Source: an uncultured Bacteroidales bacterium (GTDB lineage Bacteria > Bacteroidota > Bacteroidia > Bacteroidales > Paludibacteraceae). From it: 64,000 nucleotides of DNA. The position numbers and the translations under genes are program-made. The notes under the pieces are model-generated. The model was not told the DNA's origin and ran no database searches. It saw only the letters and a list, made by a program, of their open reading frames with translations. The DNA lies in assembly GCA_946406195.1 (NCBI GenBank), contig CAMJJT010000005.1, positions 62,010 through 126,009 on the forward strand, in the 5' to 3' direction. This document shows positions 26,818-34,977 of this stretch, piece after piece; the stretch's first letter is position 1, and every line of letters begins with the position of its first letter.

Positions 26818-28767
26818 TTATCGGATAGCCTCTACTGCACGTAGTATCGGTTCGATAGAGGGCGCCTCGCCTACCGCTTGGATCATCCATTCTTTGGGAG
26901 TCAGACGTCCCAACCGATAGATGCGCATATACTCGCCGGCAAACTCTGCCGGCGTTTTATATTGCGAGAGATGCTCCTCCAATTGGAACTGCACGATGTG
27001 CCCCAAAGGATAATTAGGAAGATACATCGGTGCGTTCACCATATGGCTATACACAGCAAGGAGCGTACAATCATGTTCGCCCAAGACGGGTTCGTAATAG
27101 GTGTTCCATATGTCCTTGGCGATCTGCATCGTTGCCGCACATAGTTCCGCCGGAGTGGCTTTGGGATGAGCATAGATCCACTGCCACATCTCCATGTCCA
27201 CCAGACTGACGCCCATGATCTCGTACATGGACCAGAACTGGTCGAAGACTTCGTCTTTCGACATTGAAGATTTAAGATTTGAGATTTCAGATTTGGGTAA
27301 GAGTTGCAAATCGCGTTGTTGCCAAAGGAAAGCGGAGGCTTCGGTGTAGGCGGTATTGGGTACACCGGAAAGCATGTAATAATCGATGAAATACATGTCC
27401 AGTATCTGTTCAACACAATGCCCGAACTCATGCACAGCGATGTTATATCCCTTATAGTCCATGCCGGTAGCAGGAATACGTGTACGCAGACGCGCATCCT
27501 CTTTGCGTCCCAGACAAGGCCATGCATGCCCTGAGCCGCGCGCCGGTTCTACCGCTATATGGCTTGCTATACGGCGTGCATCTTCGGAGTAGAAACCCAT
27601 TTTGGTAAGCAGCCTATACATATCAGCCGCAAAAGCGTTTGCGTCGGGGTATAGAGCCCGAGTCTGCGCGGAGAGGGCATCTTCATTGAGGGATGCACGG
27701 GCTTTGAAACCATCGTACCAGATGTCATAGGGACGTAAGTCGCGCCCTAAGCGTTTGCGGATTAGAGAAGCTACTTTCTTCACCTCTTTGGAGCCCACCA
27801 GCGCACGGAAGAGGCTGTCGAGCTCCGAAGCAGGAATCTCTACTCCACCCTCGAAATTACGCATAATACCGGTAGGCATAGCGGGGCAATACGGGTCTTC
27901 GGCAAAGTACGCGCGCGCTATTTCAAGGATACGCGCGTAACGGGTGTAAGACTCCGGAGTATCTTGGGTGCTATACGGGAGCCAGATGTATTCCTTGCCG
28001 TTGATTGCTTGCTGCGGGATAGATTGATCTACGATACGTCTCATGAGTTGATAGATCATCTCCTGTTTCTCCTGACCGTTCTCGGCGCCATACAACGCTT
28101 TGAGTTCGTCGCGCAGATTCCAGTGACTAAGCAGGATTTTATCGTCCGACCATAACTGTCTGCCGTCCTCCGTGCGCAGGTTACCCATATAGATATTATA
28201 ATCGGCGATGTAGTTCTCCGCGTTCGCAAGAGCTTGCGCCATTTGGGTATTGACGGCAGCAGGCACACGGGTTGTGAAGACATCTCCCATTCGCGCAAAC
28301 GCCCATTCCTGACGCGTCCAATGACGCCCCAAGGTATTCTTCTCCTCCAAGGTATAATGCGGGAAATTGAGGATGGTGACGAACGCCAGTTTGTTAGCGA
28401 ACATGTCATCTGCGAAATGCGCCAAGGGGCTATAACCCGACATGATCCAATCGGGGTTTTGGGGGTCGGCAGCGTTGGTGAGTTGAGTAGGACAAAGGAG
28501 TTCTACGGTCAACATGTCTGCCGACTGATAGATGTTCTCGAGAATACGGCTGAGCGATTCAAAGAGCGCCAAGCGTTCGCTATCCGTCTTACACTCGTTT
28601 TCCGCAATAAACTGCGCTAATTCTTCCTGAGTGCCATCTTCGGCTGTCCATAAAGCCGCTACCTGTTGCGCGCCGCGAGAGAGGTTCATACTATTGTCTG
28701 TTTGAGGGGTACAGGAGAGTAACATAAAGACGGTACTCACCATCAAAATAATTGATTTATAGTTCAT
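26818..28767 (-). CDS. Lipoprotein zinc metallopeptidase (HExxH; M2/M3-like)
   Basis: ORF trimmed to the ATG at 28765-28767 (MNYKSIILMVSTVFMLLSC lipobox). HEFGHCVEQ zinc motif. Contains an in-frame repeat insert. Confidence 0.55.
   Translation of the reverse strand: MNYKSIILMVSTVFMLLSCTPQTDNSMNLSRGAQQVAALWTAEDGTQEELAQFIAENECKTDSERLALFESLSRILENIYQSADMLTVELLCPTQLTNAADPQNPDWIMSGYSPLAHFADDMFANKLAFVTILNFPHYTLEEKNTLGRHWTRQEWAFARMGDVFTTRVPAAVNTQMAQALANAENYIADYNIYMGNLRTEDGRQLWSDDKILLSHWNLRDELKALYGAENGQEKQEMIYQLMRRIVDQSIPQQAINGKEYIWLPYSTQDTPESYTRYARILEIARAYFAEDPYCPAMPTGIMRNFEGGVEIPASELDSLFRALVGSKEVKKVASLIRKRLGRDLRPYDIWYDGFKARASLNEDALSAQTRALYPDANAFAADMYRLLTKMGFYSEDARRIASHIAVEPARGSGHAWPCLGRKEDARLRTRIPATGMDYKGYNIAVHEFGHCVEQILDMYFIDYYMLSGVPNTAYTEASAFLWQQRDLQLLPKSEISNLKSSMSKDEVFDQFWSMYEIMGVSLVDMEMWQWIYAHPKATPAELCAATMQIAKDIWNTYYEPVLGEHDCTLLAVYSHMVNAPMYLPNYPLGHIVQFQLEEHLSQYKTPAEFAGEYMRIYRLGRLTPKEWMIQAVGEAPSIEPILRAVEAIR
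27266..27296. repeat. About 4 x 7 bp tandem repeat (AAGATTT/GAGATTT family) inside the metallopeptidase CDS
   Basis: gaagattt aagattt gagattt cagattt ggg. Coding strand gives PKSEISNLKSS. Confidence 0.8.
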
Positions 28768-28785
28768 AAGTACGTAATTTGGGTG

Positions 28786-28833
28786 CAAAATTAGTGAATT
28801 ATTTGCATATATGCAAAAAAAATCGTATTTTTG
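28786..28833. promoter_or_regulatory. Divergent promoters (TAATTTTG on the minus strand for the peptidase, TATTTTTG on the plus strand for the PagL-like gene) around the palindrome ATTTGCATATATGCAAA
   Basis: caaaatta-gtgaatt-atttgcatatatgcaaa-aaaaatcg-tatttttg. Confidence 0.55.
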
Positions 28834-28842
28834 CAGCCGAAT

Positions 28843-30192
28843 ATGAAAAAATTAGTCTCTTTTATCGTGTTTATGGTCGGCATGCAGGTGTTTGCGTTGC
28901 CGCATTATGAGCTTGCTTACCGTCTGAGCGGAGCAGGAGGAATGATTATGCCGGATGGCAAAGTGGATAAATGGGTAGATCGTCCGGTGTTGGGAGGACA
29001 ATTCGCCGTGGAGTTTCTGCCGACAGGCAGATGGCACAGTCTGCAACAATGGAACAATGCGTCTATCGGTGTGGGAGTGAGTTATCTGAACCTTGGAAAT
29101 GACGCTAAATTAGGTTCCGCTTTTGCGGCGTACGGATATATGAACCAGCCTTTTTATAACGGCAAACATTTCCGTATCGGTGTGCGACCAAGCGTGGGTT
29201 TGGCAGCGGTAACGAAACGCTATATTAATACCTTGCCCGAAGGGGCTCAGCCGTATTATCAGGGAGACGGTGGTTTTAAGCAGGCAAATCAGTCTATCGG
29301 TTCGATTTTGAATGCCTATTTAGCGATGGAGTTGTATATGGATTTTCCTATTAAGGACGGATGGGAGATCACTCTTGCAGGAGGTTGGCACCATATATCC
29401 AACGGTTCGGTCATGCACCCGAACGCAGGCTATAATATCTTCGGCGGAGAACTCGGCGTGCGCTATCATCCGAAGGTACAAGGGACAAAGGACAAAGGAC
29501 AAGGGACGGAGTATGAAATGCCGAAACCGGATGTACCGAGGAAGTTGTATGACGGCGTAGATAAACCATGGGCGGTGGAGATCAGCGCGACAGGCGGTAT
29601 GAAGCAGAACTACTACGCTGATAACCAGAACGGTCAGCGTTTCTACGGAGTAGCGACCCTCAAAGCCGCAGCATATTGGGTACCGGTTAGTATTTTCCGA
29701 ATAGGAGGTGGTTTCGATGCGTTCTACGATGGTTACTACGGAGCGGTCAACGATGAGTTTGCCGCACAAAACCCGGGTGCTCCGATCACGTATTTCGGCA
29801 AGACTTACCTAAAAGAGAGCAAGGTAGCTAACTGTTTTCGCGTAGGATTCAGTATTCAGCCGGAGTTTATTATAGGGCGTCTTACCGCAGGTATTCACGT
29901 AGGATTCTATCTCTACGATCCGGTGAAGAACTTAGAGCCCTATTCCACGATTACTAACCCCGAAGACAAAAAATACGACCCCAATGCTCTGCATCCTGGA
30001 GATGAGCCTTTCAATCGCGGCATTTTCTATGGATATGATTTCACGAAAGCGAGCAATTATCAGGACGGATGGTGTTACATGCAGTTTGTGATGAAATACC
30101 ATGTCTTGGATCATCTGTTTGTCCAACTCGGTTTGAAGACGCACGGTGTGCGTGCCGAGTTTATCGATGCCGGTATCGGTGTAGCATTTTAA
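28843..30192 (+). CDS. Outer-membrane protein with an N-terminal acyloxyacyl hydrolase (PagL-like lipid A deacylase) domain and an extra C-terminal beta-rich half
   Basis: ORF trimmed to the ATG at 28843 (MKKLVSFIVFMVGMQVFA). GGWHHISNGS matches the PagL H-x-S-N catalytic motif. A repeat insert sits at the junction between the two halves. Confidence 0.55.
   Translation: MKKLVSFIVFMVGMQVFALPHYELAYRLSGAGGMIMPDGKVDKWVDRPVLGGQFAVEFLPTGRWHSLQQWNNASIGVGVSYLNLGNDAKLGSAFAAYGYMNQPFYNGKHFRIGVRPSVGLAAVTKRYINTLPEGAQPYYQGDGGFKQANQSIGSILNAYLAMELYMDFPIKDGWEITLAGGWHHISNGSVMHPNAGYNIFGGELGVRYHPKVQGTKDKGQGTEYEMPKPDVPRKLYDGVDKPWAVEISATGGMKQNYYADNQNGQRFYGVATLKAAAYWVPVSIFRIGGGFDAFYDGYYGAVNDEFAAQNPGAPITYFGKTYLKESKVANCFRVGFSIQPEFIIGRLTAGIHVGFYLYDPVKNLEPYSTITNPEDKKYDPNALHPGDEPFNRGIFYGYDFTKASNYQDGWCYMQFVMKYHVLDHLFVQLGLKTHGVRAEFIDAGIGVAF
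29479..29506. repeat. 4 x 7 bp tandem repeat (CAAGGGA/CAAAGGA) inside the PagL-like CDS
   Basis: caaggga caaagga caaagga caaggga, encoding QGTKDKGQGT. Confidence 0.85.
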
Positions 30193-30197
30193 TGCTA

Positions 30198-30258
30198 CAC
30201 GTTAAAGGGTTAAATAGTTAAAATGGTTTCTTTTTTCAAAGAAACGTTAAATTGTTAC
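30198..30258. repeat. NNNGTTAA 8-mer units (3 + 2 copies) flanking a terminator hairpin
   Basis: cacgttaa agggttaa atagttaa ... hairpin ... aacgttaa attgttac. Same family as 18617-18656. Confidence 0.65.
30226..30245. terminator. AT-rich hairpin between convergent genes
   Basis: gtttcttt-tttc-aaagaaac (8 bp stem). Confidence 0.45.
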
Positions 30259-31481
30259 CCATTTATCAATTGGTCTTCTAAGAGATAGACGGTTTCGACG
30301 GGGATGCCGTGATCGACTAATTGACGGCGGTCGGGACGATAGAGGGCAAAGAAATCCTTGGGCGATTTGCACATGTTGCGTGCCTGACGATAGTGTTCGT
30401 ACGCCATCATTTTATCGCCTTGTAGCAACATACAATGTCCATAGTTAATATAATCCATAGGCGATTTACTGCCGTCCCGTAACTGTTTTCTGAGCCAACG
30501 AGCGGCGACATCGGTATGATCCCAAAGGAGGTCCATTCGTCCGACAGAGAGATAGACGATCGCCATCTGCTGGGTTCTCTCCTGCGAATCGCCCATGAGG
30601 GCAGAATAGACCCACGTCTCGGGCAGTATATCCACCAAGCCTTGCATGTACGCCTGTTCGGTAGCCGGCATCCATGAGACGACGCCGTCCATGTTTTCTT
30701 TCTCGCCCGTCAGTTCGAGCAGGCTCTGTAGTTCTTCGGGCAGGTCTTCTACTTTCAGTTCACCGGAGGCAATACTATCCCGCCAGTTGTATTTGACCGA
30801 GCGTACTAACGCACAGAGGGTATGGAACGCGTCGTCGCCTTCATCGTCCATCGAAGAGACGGCATCCATGAAGGCGTTTTGGAGTTCGGGGAAGAAATCG
30901 ATACGTACGTCATAGTGCGCCAAGATGATTAAGACGTTTGCCAGACATTGCTCCGCCACTACTGCGTTCTCCGCGTTGATTCCTTCGATGAGGGCTAATA
31001 AGGCGCGTTCGTTGAAACATTCGCGGATGTTCTTCGCTAAGGCAGCGATTGCCATGAGAGCGATAGCTCCATGGTCGGCGTCATTGCTGATATTATGCAA
31101 CCAGAGATAATCGTCCTCGGTCAGGTTCATGCAAAAAGTGAAATACTGCATGACGGACTGGGGACTTTGCTTATTGAACGCCCGCATATCGGGTGAGAGC
31201 CCGCGATGGATGCGCAGGGCCGCATAAGCTGTGTCGGCAAGGCGGTAGGCATTTCCGGTCATCCGGTTCAGCTCTACATCGTGCTCCGGGTCGCTGGAAG
31301 TCAACCACTGTTTGAAGCGCTCGGTATATTCTTTGCGCAGTTTTTCGTACGCCTGTTCGTACGGATTATTCTCTCCCAACTCATTGAGCCAAGAGCGCAC
31401 GATGACCAGTGCATGGTCTATCATTCGTTCTCCTAATGCCTTTTCTACGGTTGCTATTTGGTCATCTAGTTTTTGGGACAT
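30255..31481 (-). CDS. Hypothetical protein (408 aa, helical / TPR-like C-terminus)
   Basis: Clean ATG-initiated ORF. I recognise no catalytic motif. Confidence 0.55.
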   Translation of the reverse strand: MSQKLDDQIATVEKALGERMIDHALVIVRSWLNELGENNPYEQAYEKLRKEYTERFKQWLTSSDPEHDVELNRMTGNAYRLADTAYAALRIHRGLSPDMRAFNKQSPQSVMQYFTFCMNLTEDDYLWLHNISNDADHGAIALMAIAALAKNIRECFNERALLALIEGINAENAVVAEQCLANVLIILAHYDVRIDFFPELQNAFMDAVSSMDDEGDDAFHTLCALVRSVKYNWRDSIASGELKVEDLPEELQSLLELTGEKENMDGVVSWMPATEQAYMQGLVDILPETWVYSALMGDSQERTQQMAIVYLSVGRMDLLWDHTDVAARWLRKQLRDGSKSPMDYINYGHCMLLQGDKMMAYEHYRQARNMCKSPKDFFALYRPDRRQLVDHGIPVETVYLLEDQLING

Positions 31482-31483
31482 GG

Positions 31484-31514
31484 CTGGTCGATGGTCGTTG
31501 GTCGATGGGCGTTA
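31484..31514. repeat. About 4 x 7 bp tandem repeat (GGTCGAT/GGTCGTT) filling the 30 nt spacer between two genes
   Basis: ctggtcg atggtcg ttggtcg atgggcg tta. Its reverse complement (cgaccaacgaccatcgacc) matches the 62550-62570 family. Confidence 0.75.
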
Positions 31515-32501
31515 GATCTCTTCTTTGATGAGATAATCGTTACGAGAGGGAGAGTTACGGATGACGAGTTCGGCAAGGAAGCCAGCCAAGAAGAGCATAC
31601 AACCAAGGATCATCATTAGGATAGCGATGTGGAAATAAGGGTTCACACCTACTAACATCGCCGGTACGTGGTTCGAGAGGGCATATAGTTTCATACCGCC
31701 TACTACCACGACGGAAATGAAGCCGATGAAGAACATCAGACTGCCTACCAAACCGAAGAAGTGCATCGGTTGTTTGCCGAACTTATTGAGGAACCAAAGG
31801 GTCATAAGGTCGAGATAGCCGTTCACGAAGCGGTTGATACCAAATTTCGTTGTGCCGAACTCGCGTTTGCGGTGTTGCACGACTTTCTCGCCTATCTTGG
31901 TGAAGCCCGCGTTCTTAGCGAGGTAAGGGATGTATCGGTGCATTTCCGAGAAGACCTCAATATTCTTCACCACCTCTTTACGATACGCCTTGAGACCGCA
32001 GTTCATGTCATGGAGTTGAATGCCGGTGACCCATCGGGCGGTGGCATTAAAGAGCTTGGAGGGCAGGTTCTTGGTCAGGGCGTTGTCATAGCGTTTCTGT
32101 TTCCATCCGGAGACAAGGTCGTATCCTTCTTCGGTGATCATATGATAGAGTGCCGGAATCTCATCGGGGCTGTCTTGAAGGTCTGCATCCATGGTAATTA
32201 CCACATCGCCCTGCGCCGCTTTGAAGCCGCAATAGAGCGCGGCGGACTTGCCGTAGTTGCGGCGGAAGGAGATGGCACGGATGACTTGGTCATCCGATTT
32301 GAGATTTGAGATTTGAGATTTGAGATTTGTGATGACATCCCATGAAGCGTCAGTGCTGCCGTCGTTGACAAAGATGATCTCATAGGAGAAGTTATTCTCC
32401 TTCATAACGCGCGCGATCCATTCATAGAGTTTGGGCAGCGACTCCGCCTCGTTGTAGAGAGGCACTATAACCGAAATATTCATATTCTTATTTGTTTGCA
32501 T
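31512..32501 (-). CDS. Family 2 glycosyltransferase (polyprenyl-phosphate sugar transferase type, two C-terminal TM segments)
   Basis: ISVIVPLYNEAESL, VNDGSTD, RRNYGKSAALYCG and DADLQD motifs. An alternative ATG at 32481-32483 avoids the overlap with the upstream gene. Confidence 0.85.
   Translation of the reverse strand: MQTNKNMNISVIVPLYNEAESLPKLYEWIARVMKENNFSYEIIFVNDGSTDASWDVITNLKSQISNLKSDDQVIRAISFRRNYGKSAALYCGFKAAQGDVVITMDADLQDSPDEIPALYHMITEEGYDLVSGWKQKRYDNALTKNLPSKLFNATARWVTGIQLHDMNCGLKAYRKEVVKNIEVFSEMHRYIPYLAKNAGFTKIGEKVVQHRKREFGTTKFGINRFVNGYLDLMTLWFLNKFGKQPMHFFGLVGSLMFFIGFISVVVVGGMKLYALSNHVPAMLVGVNPYFHIAILMMILGCMLFLAGFLAELVIRNSPSRNDYLIKEEI
32296..32330. repeat. 5 x 7 bp tandem repeat (4 perfect GATTTGA + GATTTGT) inside the GT2 CDS
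   Basis: gatttga x4, gatttgt. Coding strand gives ITNLKSQISNLKS. Confidence 0.9.
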
Positions 32502-33687
32502 TGCAGTAATCTTTGAGCCGGTTGAGGGCTTCGACGAGTACCTCGCGTGAGGTAGCTAAATTGATGCGTATATAGCCTTCTGCGCCATACATCTCAGAAG
32601 GGTTGAAGAGGACATGGTTCTTTTTCGCCAGTTCGGTACAGAACTGCTCGGCGGAGAGACCGTAAGCGGAGATATCCACCCATCCGAGGTAAGTTCCTTC
32701 GGTCTCGTGAATACGGAGCAAGGGGAGCTCGGCGTGCAGGAAATCGCGGAGGTAACAGAAGTTAGCATAGACGTATTCGTTGAGTTCGTCGAGCCATGCT
32801 TCGGAGTCGTTATATGCTGCGACTTGAGCTACCAAGCCGAAGGGGTTGAGACCGTTCACTTCGTGAACCTCGAGGGCATGGTTGATCTGGAGGAAGAGAT
32901 CTTTGTTGGGGACAAAGATGTTCGCACAGAGCAATCCGGCGATGTTAAACGCCTTGCTGGCAGAGGTACAGACACAGAAGTCCGTGTCGTCAATCGCGAT
33001 AGAGGCGAAAGGTGTGTAGGCATGTCCGGGGAACGCGAACTCACAGTGGATCTCATCGCTGAGGACGAAGAGGTGCTCTCGGCGCATAATCTCCGCCAAG
33101 CGCTCCAACTCGGCACGGGTCCATACTCTACCCGTAGGGTTATGAGGGTTACAGAGGAGGAAAACATCCGCCTCTTTCGCTTTCTGCTCCACATCCGCCC
33201 AGTTGATCTCGAAGCGGTTATTGATGAGTACGAGGGGCGTCGGAACCAGTTCGCAGCCCATGTTCTCGATGCAGGAGAAGAAACAGTTATAGGCAGGTGT
33301 GAACGTGAGGACCCGTAAAGGCTTGCCTGCCATGTGTGTCTTGCCGTAAGAAGCACGGAATTCCTCCATCTTCACTTCTAAAGCCGCAAAGATAGCGGAG
33401 ATAGCCGGCACGACCGCGGTAGTAAAGAGGAGGTTATCGCGGTTGATACCTGTCCATCCGTGTCTGCGTTCAAACCACTTCGATACCGCGTCATAGTTCG
33501 CCTGCGGCACGATCGAATAGCCGAAGACGCCGTGGTCCAGCCGTTTCTGCATTGCCTCGCGGATGGGTTTTGCCGCCTTAAAATCCATGTCTGCTATCCA
33601 TAACGGCAGACAGTTCTCCGCACACTCCGAGTCCCATTTATAACAATCGGACCCCTTACGATCTACATACTCAAGCATTCTTCCCAT
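32488..33687 (-). CDS. PLP-dependent C-S lyase / aminotransferase class I-II (MalY/PatB type)
   Basis: KWDSE..., LPLWIADMDF, NPHNPTGRVW, TSASKAFNIAGL (PLP lysine). The start could be the ATG at 33687 or the one at 33678. Confidence 0.8.
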   Translation of the reverse strand: MGRMLEYVDRKGSDCYKWDSECAENCLPLWIADMDFKAAKPIREAMQKRLDHGVFGYSIVPQANYDAVSKWFERRHGWTGINRDNLLFTTAVVPAISAIFAALEVKMEEFRASYGKTHMAGKPLRVLTFTPAYNCFFSCIENMGCELVPTPLVLINNRFEINWADVEQKAKEADVFLLCNPHNPTGRVWTRAELERLAEIMRREHLFVLSDEIHCEFAFPGHAYTPFASIAIDDTDFCVCTSASKAFNIAGLLCANIFVPNKDLFLQINHALEVHEVNGLNPFGLVAQVAAYNDSEAWLDELNEYVYANFCYLRDFLHAELPLLRIHETEGTYLGWVDISAYGLSAEQFCTELAKKNHVLFNPSEMYGAEGYIRINLATSREVLVEALNRLKDYCNANK

Positions 33688-34166
33688 GTATATTCTTTGT
33701 TTTCAGTTTCGGATGGAATATAGCCCATTTTGTCCTTCGCCTCCTGATTTGGGAAGGTGAAATAGGTACAGGTACATTCGCAAAGGAGTTCTCCGTCGGC
33801 GCTGTATAGTTCGCCGGCTACGATAGCTACGTTACGGCGCATCTCCTTGAGGTATCCGCGCAACTTGATATAATCCTGCAGGGTGGAGACGGGCTTATGA
33901 TAGCGCATTTCCATCTTCGCGGTCACGCCGGCTGTTTTGAGCAGATGAAAGACGACCCAACCGCATACTTCGTCGAGCAGGACGGCTTGGATGCCGCCAT
34001 GGAGGGTGTTAATCCATGATTGATGGTTCTGGGTCGGACGCCAGATAGAGACGATAGACTCGCCATCTTCGAAGAATTGCATCCGAGTTCCGATCGGGTT
34101 ATCGGGGCTGCAACCGAAGCAGTTATAGCCTGGTAATTTTGTCCATGGATTGATGATTCGTTTCAT
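33663..34166 (-). CDS. PaaI-family (hotdog fold) thioesterase
   Basis: NCFGCSPDNPIG zinc-ribbon-like N-terminus and LHGGIQAVLLDEVCG hotdog motif. Confidence 0.7.
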   Translation of the reverse strand: MKRIINPWTKLPGYNCFGCSPDNPIGTRMQFFEDGESIVSIWRPTQNHQSWINTLHGGIQAVLLDEVCGWVVFHLLKTAGVTAKMEMRYHKPVSTLQDYIKLRGYLKEMRRNVAIVAGELYSADGELLCECTCTYFTFPNQEAKDKMGYIPSETENKEYTWEECLSM

Positions 34167-34198
34167 TCAATGCTACTTGTTTTAAACCTTTGCCGGTG

Positions 34199-34229
34199 CA
34201 AAGGTACTGCTTTTTTCGCACATATGCAA
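34199..34229 (-). promoter_or_regulatory. Promoter (-7 TACCTTTG) for the thioesterase / C-S lyase / GT2 unit
   Basis: Minus strand reads ttgcatatgtgcgaaaaaagcag TACCTTTG. Confidence 0.55.
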
Positions 34230-34399
34230 GTTTTTGCCTATTTTTTGAAAAATTCTTCAGTTTTTGAAAGCAAAAATTTGGATAAATGGAGAAAAAGTAT
34301 TATCTTTGCAGCGGATTTGAGAAAAGTCCGAACCCGCCGCATTTTCTTAGCTAATTCTTGGCTTTTGGTTGGGTTGAGGTCATAAGCAGCACCCTTTCA

Positions 34400-34443
34400 G
34401 CATCCATTGAGCATCCATTGAGCACCCATTGAGCATCCATTGC
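34400..34443. repeat. 4 x 11 bp tandem repeat (GCATCCATTGA) in a noncoding block
   Basis: gcatccattga gcatccattga gcacccattga gcatccattgc. Confidence 0.9.
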
Positions 34444-34588
34444 GAACAGGCGGAGACCTCGGTGTTCACCGGTAGTTGTTTCGGTCTTGTCGACGTGTTT
34501 TTCAAAAGAGTAAAAGCACTCAAAGCGACAAGCAGAAATAAAATATTTGCAGAAAATACTAATAATCGTAAAATAAATCTTGATTTAT

Positions 34589-34619
34589 TTGCGTATACGG
34601 ATTTTTTTTTGTACCTTTG
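34589..34619 (+). promoter_or_regulatory. Promoter (-33 TTG, -7 TACCTTTG) upstream of the glf relic and lepA
   Basis: ttgcgtatacggattttttttg TACCTTTG. Confidence 0.55.
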
Positions 34620-34644
34620 CAGCCGAAATATATTTTTTATATGA

Positions 34645-34977
34645 AATTTTCCAGACCGACAGCGATGGTCAGACCTTTCCGGAGGAGTCTGGCAGATGTG
34701 GGAGAACCGCACGAATTTTGAGTCGTTCGGCCAGGCGGTTTATGACAACCCGAAGACGGTGATCAGCCGCGAGTACTCGACCGAGTGGCAACCCGGAATG
34801 GAGCCTTATTACCCCGTGAATGACGACCGTAATGCGGCGCTCTACACGCAATACAAGGAGCTGGCGGAGCAAGAGAAGAGCGTACTCTTCGGTGGACGGT
34901 TGGCTGAATATAAATACTACGACATGGCGCCCACTATCGAACAGGCGCTACGTCTGGCTAAAAGCGAATTTAAATAA
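34645..34977 (+). pseudogene. glf: Relic of UDP-galactopyranose mutase (only the C-terminal ~95 codons remain)
   Basis: Translation ...KTVISREYSTEWQPGMEPYYPVNDDRNAALYTQYKELAEQEKSVLFGGRLAEYKYYDMAPTIEQAL matches the conserved C-terminus of UGM (PYYP..., GRL..Y.Y.DM). There is no FAD-binding N-terminus upstream, and the frame closes at the TGA at 34642-34644. Confidence 0.7.

Noticed and set aside
34310-34345. gagaaaagtccgaacccgcc as the P4 strand of RNase P RNA
   Set aside because: It resembles GAGGAAAGTCCGGGC only superficially. The 3' P4 partner and all other conserved RNase P elements are absent, and the available noncoding span of about 190 nt before the next element is too short.
34380-34712. 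110 aa minus-strand ORF and 34429..34644 plus-strand ORF in the noncoding scar
   Set aside because: They read through the 11-mer tandem repeat and the promoter sequences. They have low-complexity translations and no start context.
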